Source of the DNA: Leucoraja ocellata | Lineage: Eukaryota | Length of the DNA: 58,345 nucleotides | Direction of reading: 5' to 3' | Assembly: GCA_036785375.1 (NCBI GenBank) | Contig: JAWMAR010001544.1 | Coordinates: forward strand, 186,001-244,345 | Shown: positions 1 to 10,137 of the stretch, in pieces | How positions within the stretch are numbered: position 1 is the first letter of the stretch | How the letters are laid out: each line of letters begins with the position of its first letter | Program-made: the position numbers and the translations under genes | The notes under the pieces: generated by a model | Seen by the model: only the letters and a program-made list of their open reading frames with translations | Databases searched by the model: none | Told to the model about the DNA's origin: nothing

Positions 1-279
1 TTAGAGAAACATTTTATGTTTAAATGACATTGGGAGCCACAGACAAACATGGATTCAAATTCTCTTCCTAATAAATCCATGGATTAAACGTTATTCCAAA
101 ACTACAACTGTTCCGAAATCTCCCCATTATACATTCAACGCATTTTCCAAATGGGAAAAAATCGTGTTCTTTGACATAAAACAGGTTAGGCAGCAACTGT
201 GGAATGAGAAAACCAAGCATTTTCCATGTCGACTATCATTGGGGGACTAAACCATGGCGAATTCAGTAGAGGTATAGCA

Positions 280-525
280 TAGAAATAGACCCTTCTGCCA
301 ACAAAATCCAGGGCCACTCACAAGTTCCACGTTATCACACTATCGCATTCACCCCCGACCCACCCGGGTCAATCACCCAGGTCACTTAACCTGCAAACCT
401 GCACTCTTTTGGGTTGTGGGAGGAAAGCTGAGCACCAGTAAGAAACCACAGGGAGAACGCACAGTTCTCACCGTCTGCACCTGATTTCGGGAACGAAGTC
501 TGGTCTCTGGCGCTACAACTTGTCA
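280..525 (-). mobile_element. Degenerate V-SINE (HE1-like); paralog at about 27300-27545
   Basis: V-domain-like TTTCCTCCCACAACCCAAAAGA and a CR1-like 3' end on the minus strand. Confidence 0.55.
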
Positions 526-1083
526 TTCGGCTCCCCTCTATGGGACTTGTCTTTCGCCACAGGCTGCGTGACCCTCGAGGCGTTTGCAACATTTACTGTT
601 CCTATTTATGATTTCTAGTAATATATTCTTATTTTTATTTTTAAACATATAACTTCTTTGCGTTCATTGAAATAACATAATCGGACAACAGAAATACCCG
701 GTCGCTGCCACTCGAATTGAACGTACAAACACGTCAAACTGCGCAACAATATCGTCTCCTACAGTGACCAGCTGAATCATACCGCCGATGGGATGAATCA
801 CATAACACAAATTTGCTGAACCTCCACAAAAATCCAAATATCTCTGTCTAAAAACCACCGAAATTCATTGTTCCAATGACCACAGAGCCAATCATTGTTG
901 AAATAAAGATGAATAACACAATACACGTGGATTAACATTTCCATATAATGTGAATTTCCTTCAGTTCCTCTGTACCTAGTACACCCGGTACATTGTCATC
1001 TATAGATCGCGTTTCACGGATTTTGCTTTCTTAGCTTTGCTGTAACATTGGTTCACATGGCCAACTCATTGTACTTCAAGATA

Positions 1084-1179
1084 GACAAAACAAGTTGGAG
1101 TAACTCAGCGGGAGAGGCAGAGTTGCTCCAGCTTTGTGTCAATCGGCAGCGTAAATCAGCATCCACTATTCCTTCCTAT
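1084..1179. mobile_element. Short Penelope-derived insertion with an 18-bp target duplication
   Basis: TCATTGTACTTCAAGATA at 1066-1083 and 1180-1197 flanks a GGAGTAACTCAGCGGG...GAGTTGCTCCAGC hairpin. Confidence 0.6.
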
Positions 1180-1378
1180 TCATTGTACTTCAAGATATAT
1201 AACTGCGCAATTAACCCTGACCCTTGCACTTCTGTGTTTTGCTGCAAGATATTTTTACTTCTTCCGTGCAAGTTTTGTTAGCGATTGGATTAAAGGTGGC
1301 AAGGCGATTTCACCAATTAATACATACACTTTAAATACTTGAACATTTTACACCCAGGATTTATCCGTTACTATGTTT

Positions 1379-1598
1379 AAGAAGGAACTGCAGATGCTGG
1401 AGAATCGAAGGGTACACAAAAAAGCTGGAGAAACTCAGCGGGTGCAGCAGCATCTATGGAGCGAAGGAAATAGGCAACGTTTCGGGCCGAAATCCTTCTT
1501 CAGACTGAATAAGGGTTTCGGCCCAAAACGTTACCTATTCCTTCGCTCCATAGATGCTGCTGCACCCGCTGAGTTTCTCCAGCTTTTTTGTGTACATG
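1379..1598. mobile_element. Penelope-derived palindromic element with minimal hammerhead motifs; 18-bp TSD
   Basis: Inverted repeat 1412-1595 centred near 1504; TSD TTATCCGTTACTATGTTT at 1361-1378 and 1599-1616; paralog 28382-28553 lacks part of one arm. Confidence 0.75.
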
Positions 1599-2003
1599 TT
1601 ATCCGTTACTATGTTTGTTTCATATGCGCTGAGAAGAAACAAACTGAGACCAAGTACCCGCTGTTGATTAGAAAATACAGTTCGATGCATCGCAGATCAA
1701 GGACCACAACAATCTCAAACAATTAGAAAGCATAGTGAAAGCAAATTGATGCAAAATGTTCCACTAATTTGGAACTAAACCGCATCCACTTCATAGTCAA
1801 AGGATCGAAAGTCATAGCACATAATGCGTTTAAATCGGCAATCTCACTGCAGCAAAATCACATAACATTCTAAAGCAACATCGATCCAACATTGCAATGA
1901 ATGGGTAATTAATGTAGAAGAACAATTTAAGATAATTATTGGAAATATAGGTTAAAATTACAACTGGATACATCTAGAGACTGAATAGGATAAAGTTTCT
2001 TAC

Positions 2004-2051
2004 CGCTGGTTACCGTCACCATGGTTCCTCCTCCCCAGTAGTCAAGATAGG
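2004..2051 (-). CDS. IGHJ: JH of cluster A (YLDYWGGGTMVTVTS) with 23-RSS at 2052-2090
   Basis: WGxG motif, GTAAGA donor at 2003, RSS CACGGTG-23 nt-ACAATAACA. Confidence 0.95.
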
Positions 2052-2416
2052 CACGGTGTTACATTCTATGGGGCTCTTCACACAATAACATGATCTGCAC
2101 AAGGCAGGCAAAAAAAGAACAAAAATCCTGTCATTATTCGTATTTCACATCTAAAGCAGATGCCATTGCTCTTTGAAAACAATGAATGCATTAAAAAAAT
2201 CATTTCCAACAATAATCACATACCACGGCCCCGTGTATTAAACAGGGCAGTGAAATGTGATAAGAATCATCTACATATAAAATATAAATTAACTCAAATT
2301 ACCTCTACAATAAAATATGCGGAAATATTCCTGGACATGTTTATGCTCCTGTTGTATGAAATATTAAATTGAAAATATCATATACTGGCCCAGATCACAG
2401 TATTATGGGTTGCGGA

Positions 2417-2481
2417 TGTTTTTGTATTGGTAGGAACCGCTGTGCCATATAGTCACAGTGAAACATGTCATGTCAAATACT
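2417..2481 (-). other. D2 segment of cluster A (core ACTATATGG, 2445-2453) with 12/12 RSS
   Basis: 5' RSS: heptamer 2454-2460, 12 nt, nonamer TCAAATACT 2473-2481. 3' RSS: CACAGCG 2438-2444, 12 nt, ACAAAAACA 2417-2425. Confidence 0.92.
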
Positions 2482-2733
2482 TCGCTCTTCAAGAACTGAT
2501 GCATGTACAGCTAACAGAGGATGGATGTCCCAGGGGACTCTTCGCTGTCACTTATAAAGCTAAACGCTGTTCTTCTAAAGCTCATATAAAATAACGTTAA
2601 TTGTTCGGAAGACAGTTGGACATTTCTCAAAACAATCCATGTAACTTTAAGTGGTGAAAATTCATTAGAATTTGCTTCACACGGCCTATCCTCCGGTGCT
2701 TGTAGGTTGGAGCAGGATACAACTAGGTGCCCA

Positions 2734-2771
2734 GGTTTTTGTACGAGGAAGTCGCTGTTTGCAGCACTGTG
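2734..2771 (-). promoter_or_regulatory. 22-bp-spacer RSS 3' of D1 (cluster A)
   Basis: CACAGTG-22 nt-ACAAAAACC; spacer identical to the D1 3' RSS of cluster B (29693-29730). Confidence 0.95.
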
Positions 2772-3085
2772 ACCCCACTGTATACTCGCACAGTAATAGA
2801 CAGCGGTGTCTTCGATCTTCAGGTTCCTGGCGATCACGGTGAACATATTATTCGAATTGTCTTTGGACGGAGTAAATCGGCTCTCGATCCCTGGAGCGAA
2901 TGACTTGTCAGAAGAAGAGTAGTAGTAAAGCAGCCACTCCAGCCCCTGCCCGGGGACCTGACGGACCAAAGACATATAGGTGCTGCTAAGAGTGAACCCG
3001 CTGGTTTTACAGTTCAGTGTGATGGAGCCTCCAGGAACCGCGGTCCCTGTCTTGGGCTGAGTGAGAACGATCTCGGAATGGACAC
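2772..3085 (-). CDS. IGHV: IgH cluster A V exon already joined to D1 ([10 protein letters not shown]...YYCASIQWG)
   Basis: ttgcag acceptor at 3086; open V domain with both Cys, [11 protein letters not shown] and EDTAVYYC. After TGTGCGAG the sequence runs straight into TATACAGTGGGGT and the D1 3' RSS, with no V RSS and no V-D1 spacer. Confidence 0.95.
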
Positions 3086-3263
3086 CTGCAAGTTAAAAAA
3101 AAGGCATGAATGGCGAGGATAAAATATTGACCATTACTCCCCCACTCTAATTATCAATATGAAATAAATTGGGAGGGTTCTAGAGTGGGTAGAAGGGGAA
3201 TGGTGTCTGTAGGGGATATAGCACTGAGAAACGTGTGAGGAATTTGTCCAACTCATTACTCAC

Positions 3264-3309
3264 GGACTATTAACGCCAGGAACAGACTGAGTGAAACCGC
3301 CGACATCAT
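3264..3309 (-). CDS. IGHV: IgH cluster A leader exon (MMSAVSLSLFLALIV)
   Basis: ATGATG start, hydrophobic signal peptide, phase-1 GTGAGT donor at 3263; nearly identical to 30624-30669. Confidence 0.93.
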
Positions 3310-4416
3310 CCCGCTAGGAAGTGTGACCCGGTTGTTTCTGTACAGAACCTCGCAACAAACCCACTGCAAGGAAGTTGGACTTCGGCCCCTCTTAGAGAGA
3401 ATTAAATACCCGGCAAAAGTGGGCGCGGCTGTGGGTGGGACCAGTGGTGCCGCGGGCGGAGCTGAGACACGGCTCCAAACTCAACAGCGAGATGGACTCA
3501 CGATATCACATCTATTAACTGATACACATGCACACGAGGTTAATAAAACAGCATGCTATTCCACCCCTTACATAATATAAACTCACGGTATAGTTGTAAA
3601 TAAGATGGTTGAAAGATTGGTCTCATCGTGCAGTTTTTCGTAAAATAAGTTCGGAATTCCTCAAATTTATATTAAAATGCTTCGTGGTGTGCGTGTGCTT
3701 GCGTGTGTGAGAGGGAGAGAGAGGAGAGAGGAGAAAACATATTTGAGCAAGAANNNNNNNNNNNNNNNNNNNNNNNNNNNNNNNNNNNNNNNNNNNNNNN
3801 NNNNNNNNNNNNNNNNNNNNNNNNNNNNNNNNNNNNNNNNNNNNNNNNNNNNNNNNNNNNNNNNNNNNNNNNNNNNNNNNNNNNGACATAAAATGCTGGA
3901 GAAACTCAGCCGGGACAAGCAGCATCTCTGGAGAGAAGGAATGTGTGACGTTTTGGGTCGAGAGCCTTCCCCAGACCTCCAGAGACACTGCCTGTCCCGC
4001 TGAGTTACTCCAGCATTTTGAGTCTAGCTTCATTTAAAGCAGCATCTGCAGTTCTTTCCTACACATTCGTTGTTATCAATATGAGCCGTTCGAACAATAT
4101 TGGGACTGTCCATTCCAATATCAAGATCCATTTATTTGTCACATGTCCCAGTTGCTACAGTGAAATGTGTGGTCACCGTACAGCCATACAGATAAAATGT
4201 CAATATCGAGATTGGTTACAAAAAAGGCAGTAGAGGAAATTGATAACAAAGCAAACACAAAATTCTATTAAAATGTCATGAAGAGGTCGGAAGGAAATTA
4301 ATGGATGGCATAGTGCAGGAGGGGAATTGTAGATCTGTGGAGCGATTGGAGAAATGATCGGCATTAGGGATGATTCATGTGGTGTTGATTTTCAGATGCT
4401 GCTTCCAATGAACAAA

Positions 4417-5003
4417 GAAAGATAGAAACAGAAAATAGGTGCAGGAGTAGGCCATTCGGCCCTTCGAGCCTGTACCGCCATTCAATATGATCATGGCTGA
4501 TCATCCAATTCAGTATCCCGTACCTGCCTTCTCTCCATATCCCCTGATCCCTTTAGCCACAAGGGCCACATCTAACTCCCTCGTAAATATAGCCAATGAA
4601 CTGTGGCCTCAACTACCCTCTGTGGCAGAGAATTCCACAGATTCACCACTCTCTGTGTGAAAAATGTTTTTCTCATCTCGGTCCTAAAAGATTTCCCCTT
4701 TATCCTTAAACTGTGACCCCTTGTCCTGGACTTCCCCAACATCGGGAATAATCTTCCTGCATCTAGCCTGTCCAACCCCTTAAGAATTTTGTAAGTTTCT
4801 ATAAGATCCCCCCACAATCTTCTAAATTTTAGCGAGTACAAGCCGAGTCTATCCAGTCTTTCTTCATATGATAGTCCTGACATGCCAGGAATCAGTCTGG
4901 TGAACCTTATCTGCACACCCTCTATGGCAAGAATGTCTTTCCTCAGATTTGGAGACCAAAACTGTACGCAATACTCCAGGTGTGGTCTCACCAAGACCCT
5001 GTT
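4417..5003 (-). mobile_element. CR1 LINE 3' fragment
   Basis: [15 protein letters not shown]...VVNLWNSLP C-terminus and CR1-type 3' UTR. Confidence 0.85.
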
Positions 5004-5138
5004 GAATGAAGGCACATTCTAACCAATCAATCAATGAGCATATTAGTTGGATAGTGTTTCAATGGACTGGTAGGGCGGATGGTGTAGAAAAATCTAATAG
5101 AGATATCTGAAGAAATATCACTGTACTCACTCTATACT

Positions 5139-6420
5139 AACCTGGCCCTCAACACCAGCAAAACTAAGGAATTGGTTGTGGACTTTAGAAGTAGTAGGAT
5201 GGGACCCACAGCCCCGTTTATATCAACGGGTCAATGGTTGAAAGGGTCAAGAGCTTCAAATTCCTGGGCATGCACATCTCTGAAGATCTTTCCTGGGCCG
5301 AGAACACTGATGCAATTATTAAGAAAGCACATCAGCGCCTCTACTTCCTGAGAAGATTACGGAGAGTCGGTTTGTCAAGGAGGGCTCTCTCTAACTTTTA
5401 CAGGTGCACAGTAGAGAGCATGCTGACTGGTTGCATCGTGGCTTGGTTCGACAACTTGAGCACCCTGGAGAGGAAAAGACTACAAAAAGTAGTAAACGCT
5501 GCCCAGTCCATCATCGGCTCTGACCTTCCTTCCATCGAGGGGATTTATCGCAGTCGCTGCCTCAAAAAGGCTGGCAGTATCATTAAAGACCCACACCATC
5601 CTGGCCACACACTCATCTCCCTGCTACCTTCAGGTAGAAGGTACAGGAGCCTGAAGATGGATCATCAATCAGGCAAGCAAAATAACTGGCAAAACTCAAA
5701 ATCAATGATCAGTACTCCACACCCAGGCAGTTAAAAGGAAAGCCAATCTCATTACACAGGATCCCACCCACCCTCTGCACAAGTCTTTCCAACTTCTGCC
5801 ATCAGGCCGCCGATATAAAGTCCCCCTATCCAAGAAAAACATCCACAAAAACTCATTCATACCCATTGCCATAAACAGCTTAAATAGAAAATGAACAATG
5901 GACAAATTAACCCTGACGCATTGTCACTTTACACGTATCCACAACTTTTATCTTGTCTATTTTTACAGTTTTTAATCTTTATATTTGCTTTTAAGATCGA
6001 TACACACTGTGTGTGCTCGCAGAAATCTGTGTTGTATGACTGCTTATCAGTACATTGTCCTGTCTGTATGTTGACCCACGTCAAAGAAGATTTTCTGTTA
6101 CGACAGACAATAAAGTTTTCTGAATCTGAATCTGAATCTGAATCTGAACAACCAGGTTCAGGAATAGCTACTTCCCCACAGCCATCAGGCTATTAAACCT
6201 GGCTCGGACAAAACTCTGAACATTAATAGCCCATTATCTGTTATTTGCACTTCATCAGTTTATTTATTCATGTGTGTATATATTTATATTACGGTATATG
6301 GACACACTGATCTGTTCTGTATTCATGCCTACTATGTTCTGTTGTACTGAAGCAAAGCAAGAATTTCATTGTCCTATCAGGGACACATGACAATAAACTC
6401 TCTTGAATCTGGAATCTTGA
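5139..6420 (+). mobile_element. Rex1/Babar-like LINE 3' fragment interrupted by a second LINE 3' end (about 5658-6147, (GAATCT)n tail)
   Basis: VERVKSFKFLG...KKAHQRLYFLRRL...[10 protein letters not shown]; the uninterrupted paralog is at about 31955-32890. Confidence 0.8.
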
Positions 6421-6544
6421 GTTATCTGAGGAGATAGATAGAAACAGTAGTTACCCGATTTGTGAGGAAAACACAAGGAGTATTGAAAATTGTAATGTGC
6501 ATATGGGCAATTATAGTTTCCTGTACTCCAACATAGCATTCTTC

Positions 6545-7604
6545 TTAAACTTAAAGCACATGGTATTGGGGGATCAGTATTGATGTGGATAGAGAACTGG
6601 CTGGCAAACAGGAAGCAAAGAGTAGGAGTAAACGGATCCTTTTCACAATGGTAGGCAGTGACTAGTGGGGTACCGCAAGGCTCAGTGCTGGGACCTCAGC
6701 TATTTACAATATATATTAAAGATTTGGACGAGGGAATTGAATGCAATCTCCAAGTTTGCGGATGACACGAAGCTGGGGGGAAGCGTGAGCCCCGCAGCTT
6801 CCACAGTTTAAGGATAAGGGGGAAATTGTTATTTAAATGGTGGCCGATTAGGAAAAGGGGAGATGCAACGAGACCTGGGTGTCATGGTACACCAGTCATT
6901 GAAAGTGGGCATGCAGGTGCAGCAGGCAGTGAAGAAAGCGAATGGTATGTTAGCATTCATAACAAAAGGATTTGAGTATAGGGGCAGGGAGGTTCTACTG
7001 CAGTTGTACAGGGTCTTGGTGAGACCACACCTGGAGTATTGTGTTCAGTTTTTGTCTCCTAATCTGAGGAAAGACATTCTTGCCATAGAGGGAGTACAGA
7101 GAAGGTTCATCAGACTGATTCCTGTGATGTCAGGACTTTCATATGAAGAAAGACTGGATAGACTCGGCTTGTACTCGCTAGAATTTAGAAGATTGAAGAG
7201 GGATCTTATAGAAACTTACAAAATTCTTAAGGGGTTGGACAGGCTAGATGCAGGTAGATTGTTCCCGATGTTGGGGAAGTCCAGAACAAGGGGTCACAGT
7301 TTAAGGATAAGGGGGAAATCTTTTAGGACCGAGATGAGGAAAACATTTTTCACATAGAGAGTGGTGAATCTCTGGAACTCTCTGCCACAGAAGGTAGCTG
7401 AGGCCAGTTCATTGGCTATATTTGAGAGGGAGTTAGATGTGGCCCTTGTGGCTAAAGGGATCAGGGGGTATGGAGAGAAGGCAGGTACAGGATACTGAGT
7501 TGGATGATCAGCCATGATCATATTGAATGGCGGTGCAGGCTCGAAGGGCCGAATGGCCTACTCTTGCACCTATTTTCTATGTTCTATGTTTCTATGTTTC
7601 TATG
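6545..7604 (+). mobile_element. CR1 LINE 3' part with internal deletion; paralog about 33010-34350 has a doubled 3' end
   Basis: [12 protein letters not shown] and MQRDLGVMVH... motifs; (CTATGTTT)n tail. Confidence 0.85.
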
Positions 7605-7829
7605 ACTTGAATTTTAATTTATCATTGTGTGAGAATCTAAGCACATCAGGTGCACTTTTATTTACCCGGTAAGGGACTCCATTCGGTCCCGGTGCAGATG
7701 AAGCCTTTCCACGCCATATTACTGCTTCCACTTCCTTCCACTTTTGTGGCAAAACATCTAACTCTAACATCTGTCTCCTAAGGTGGTAACTCTGGAGGGA
7801 GACACGGGCCCGATACTGGGGCCCATGAC

Positions 7830-9309
7830 GACTGAGGATTGGCGGGTAGCAAACGTAACCCCACTTTTTAAGAAGGGAGAGAGAGAGAAAACGGGGAATT
7901 TCAGACCAGTTAGTTTAACATCGGTAGTGGGGAAACTGCTAGAGTCAGTTATTAAAGATGGGATAGCAGCACATTTGGAAAGTGGTGAAATCATTGGACA
8001 AAGTCAGCATGGATTTACGAAAGGTAAATCATGTCTGACGAATCTTATAGAATTTTTCGAGGATGTAACTAGTAGCGTGGATAGGGGAGAACCAGTGGAT
8101 GTGGTGTATCTGGACTTCCAGAAGGCTTTCGACAAGTTCCCACATAAGAGATTAGTATACAAACTTAAAGTACACGGCATTGGGGGTTCAGTATTGATGT
8201 GGATAGGGAACTGGCTGGCAAACAGGAAGCAAAGAGTAGGAGTAAACGGGTCCTTTTCACAATGGCAGGCAGTGACTAGTGGGGTACCGCAAGGCTCAGT
8301 GCTGGGACCCCAGCTATTTACAATATATATTAATGATCTGGATGAGGGAATTGAAGGCAATATCTCCAAGTTTGCGGATGACACTAAGCTGGGGGGCAGT
8401 GTTAGCTGTGAGGAGGATGCTAGGAGACTGCAAGGTGACTTGGATAGGCTGGGTGAGTGGGCAAATGTTTGGCAGATGCAGTATAATGTGGATAAATGTG
8501 AGGTTATCCATTTTGGTGGCAAAAACAGGAAAGCAGACTACTATCTGAATGGTGGCCGACTAGGAAAAGGGGAGATGCAGCGAGACCTGGGTGTCATGGT
8601 ACACCAGTCATTGAAAGTAGGCATGCAGGTGCAGCAGGCAGTGAAGAAAGCGAATGGTATGTTAGCTTTCATAGCAAAAGGATTTGAGTATAAGAGCAGG
8701 GAGGTTCTATTGCAGTTGCACAGGGTCTTGGTGAGACCACACCTGGAGTATTGCGTACAGTTTTGGTTTCCAAATCTGAGGAAGGACATTATTGCCATAG
8801 AGGGAGTGCAGAGAAGGTTCACCAGACTGATTCCTGGGATGTCAGGACTGTCTTATGAAGAAAGAATGAATAGACTTGGTTTATACTCTCTAGAATTTGG
8901 GAGATTGAGAGGGGATCTTATAGAAACTTACAAAATTCTTAAGGGGTTGGACAGGCTAGATGCAGGAAGATTGCTCCCGGTGTTGGGGTAATCCAGGACA
9001 AGGGGTCACAGCTTAAGGATAAGGGGGAAATCCTTTAAAACCGAGATGAGAAGAACTTTTTTCACACAGAGAGTGGTGAATCTCTGGAACTCTCTGCCAC
9101 AGAGGGTAGTCGAGGCCAGTTCATTGGCTATATTTAAGAGGGAGTTAGATGTGGCCCTTGTGGCTAAGGGGATCAGAGGGTATGGAGAGAAGGCAGGTAC
9201 GGGATACTGAGTTGGATGATCAGCCATGATCATATTGAATGGCGGTGCAGGCTCGAAGGGCCGAATGGCCTACTCCTGCACCTAATTTCTATGTTTCTAT
9301 GTTTCTATG
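7830..9309 (+). mobile_element. 5'-truncated CR1 LINE (RT domain to tail)
   Basis: ORF 7783-8991 with YLDFQKAFD, GVPQGS and FADD motifs; (CTATGTTT)n tail. Confidence 0.92.
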
Positions 9310-10137
9310 ACAGGCCCACTCAGTATTCAAACAACGTAAGGTCCGAAAACACAAGGCCCATTCAGTGTTGGTGTTGCATGATGCCACAGAAAGTAGGCCC
9401 AATCTCTATTCAATGTACTCTGGGCCCAATCACTTTAGTCAAGGTTACCCTGATAGTGCGCTGAATGGGCCAAATGCAATCAGCCGAGAGTAGTCCAGGA
9501 TACCCAACTAGTGGGATGAGTGGCTTTGTGGCTCCATGTGGCCTATTCTTATTTTGGGGGCCGATACTAACTCACTCACCCGCCATCAAAGGCCCAATCA
9601 ATGTCTAAGTGAAAGCGCACCCAAGATGGGTACCAGGCAAATCGATCTGAACTAATTTACAATCCTTTGGAGTCATGCAATCCCAGCTAATTCCAGAAAT
9701 GGTGGAACACGAGGAAAAACTAGAGCACATTTAGAGCAAGGTGCTGGTTCCTTTGATAAACAAATATAGCAAACTAGGTTAGGCTTTTGTAGTTCCGCTT
9801 TTATTTGTGATTTAACAGAAACATATTACAGAGATGTTTTTAAAAGCATAACACGAAGTGGTCAAAACAACTGAATTCCACACTGAGACCAGGTACATTG
9901 AACATGTAGCTTGAGAGTCAAAGGTTAGCTCTGAATTAAGGACAATTGAGCAAAAAAGGAGTAAATAGATATTTGCTCATATGCAGAATGTGTGCAAGCG
10001 TTGGATTGTTGGGTATGTATTTACACATGCATTGACATTACATTTATTTACAGGCCTTCGGTTAGGCCGCACTTGCAGTATAGTGTGGAGGTCCAGGTCG
10101 TCCCTTCGAGGGAATAATGTGGAGGCTTTGGAGAAGA

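Larger units (their letters stand above)
1..7628 (+). repeat. Segmental duplication, copy A (paralog of about 27020-34375)
   Basis: Colinear near-identity of the J-C intron, J, D, V, upstream region and shared TE fragments; similarity stops after ...TTTATCATTGT at 7628/34375. Confidence 0.92.

Noticed and set aside
2511-2771. C-terminal extension of ORF 2511-2975 as a longer protein
   Set aside because: Read-through across the D1 RSS and D1-D2 spacer; the same frame is open in the unjoined paralog (29470-29808) and has no recognisable domain.
8004-8822. Antisense ORFs over CR1 and Rex1 RT regions (also 45406-45924 and 51493-51987)
   Set aside because: Shadow frames of retroelement coding sequence that recur in every copy.
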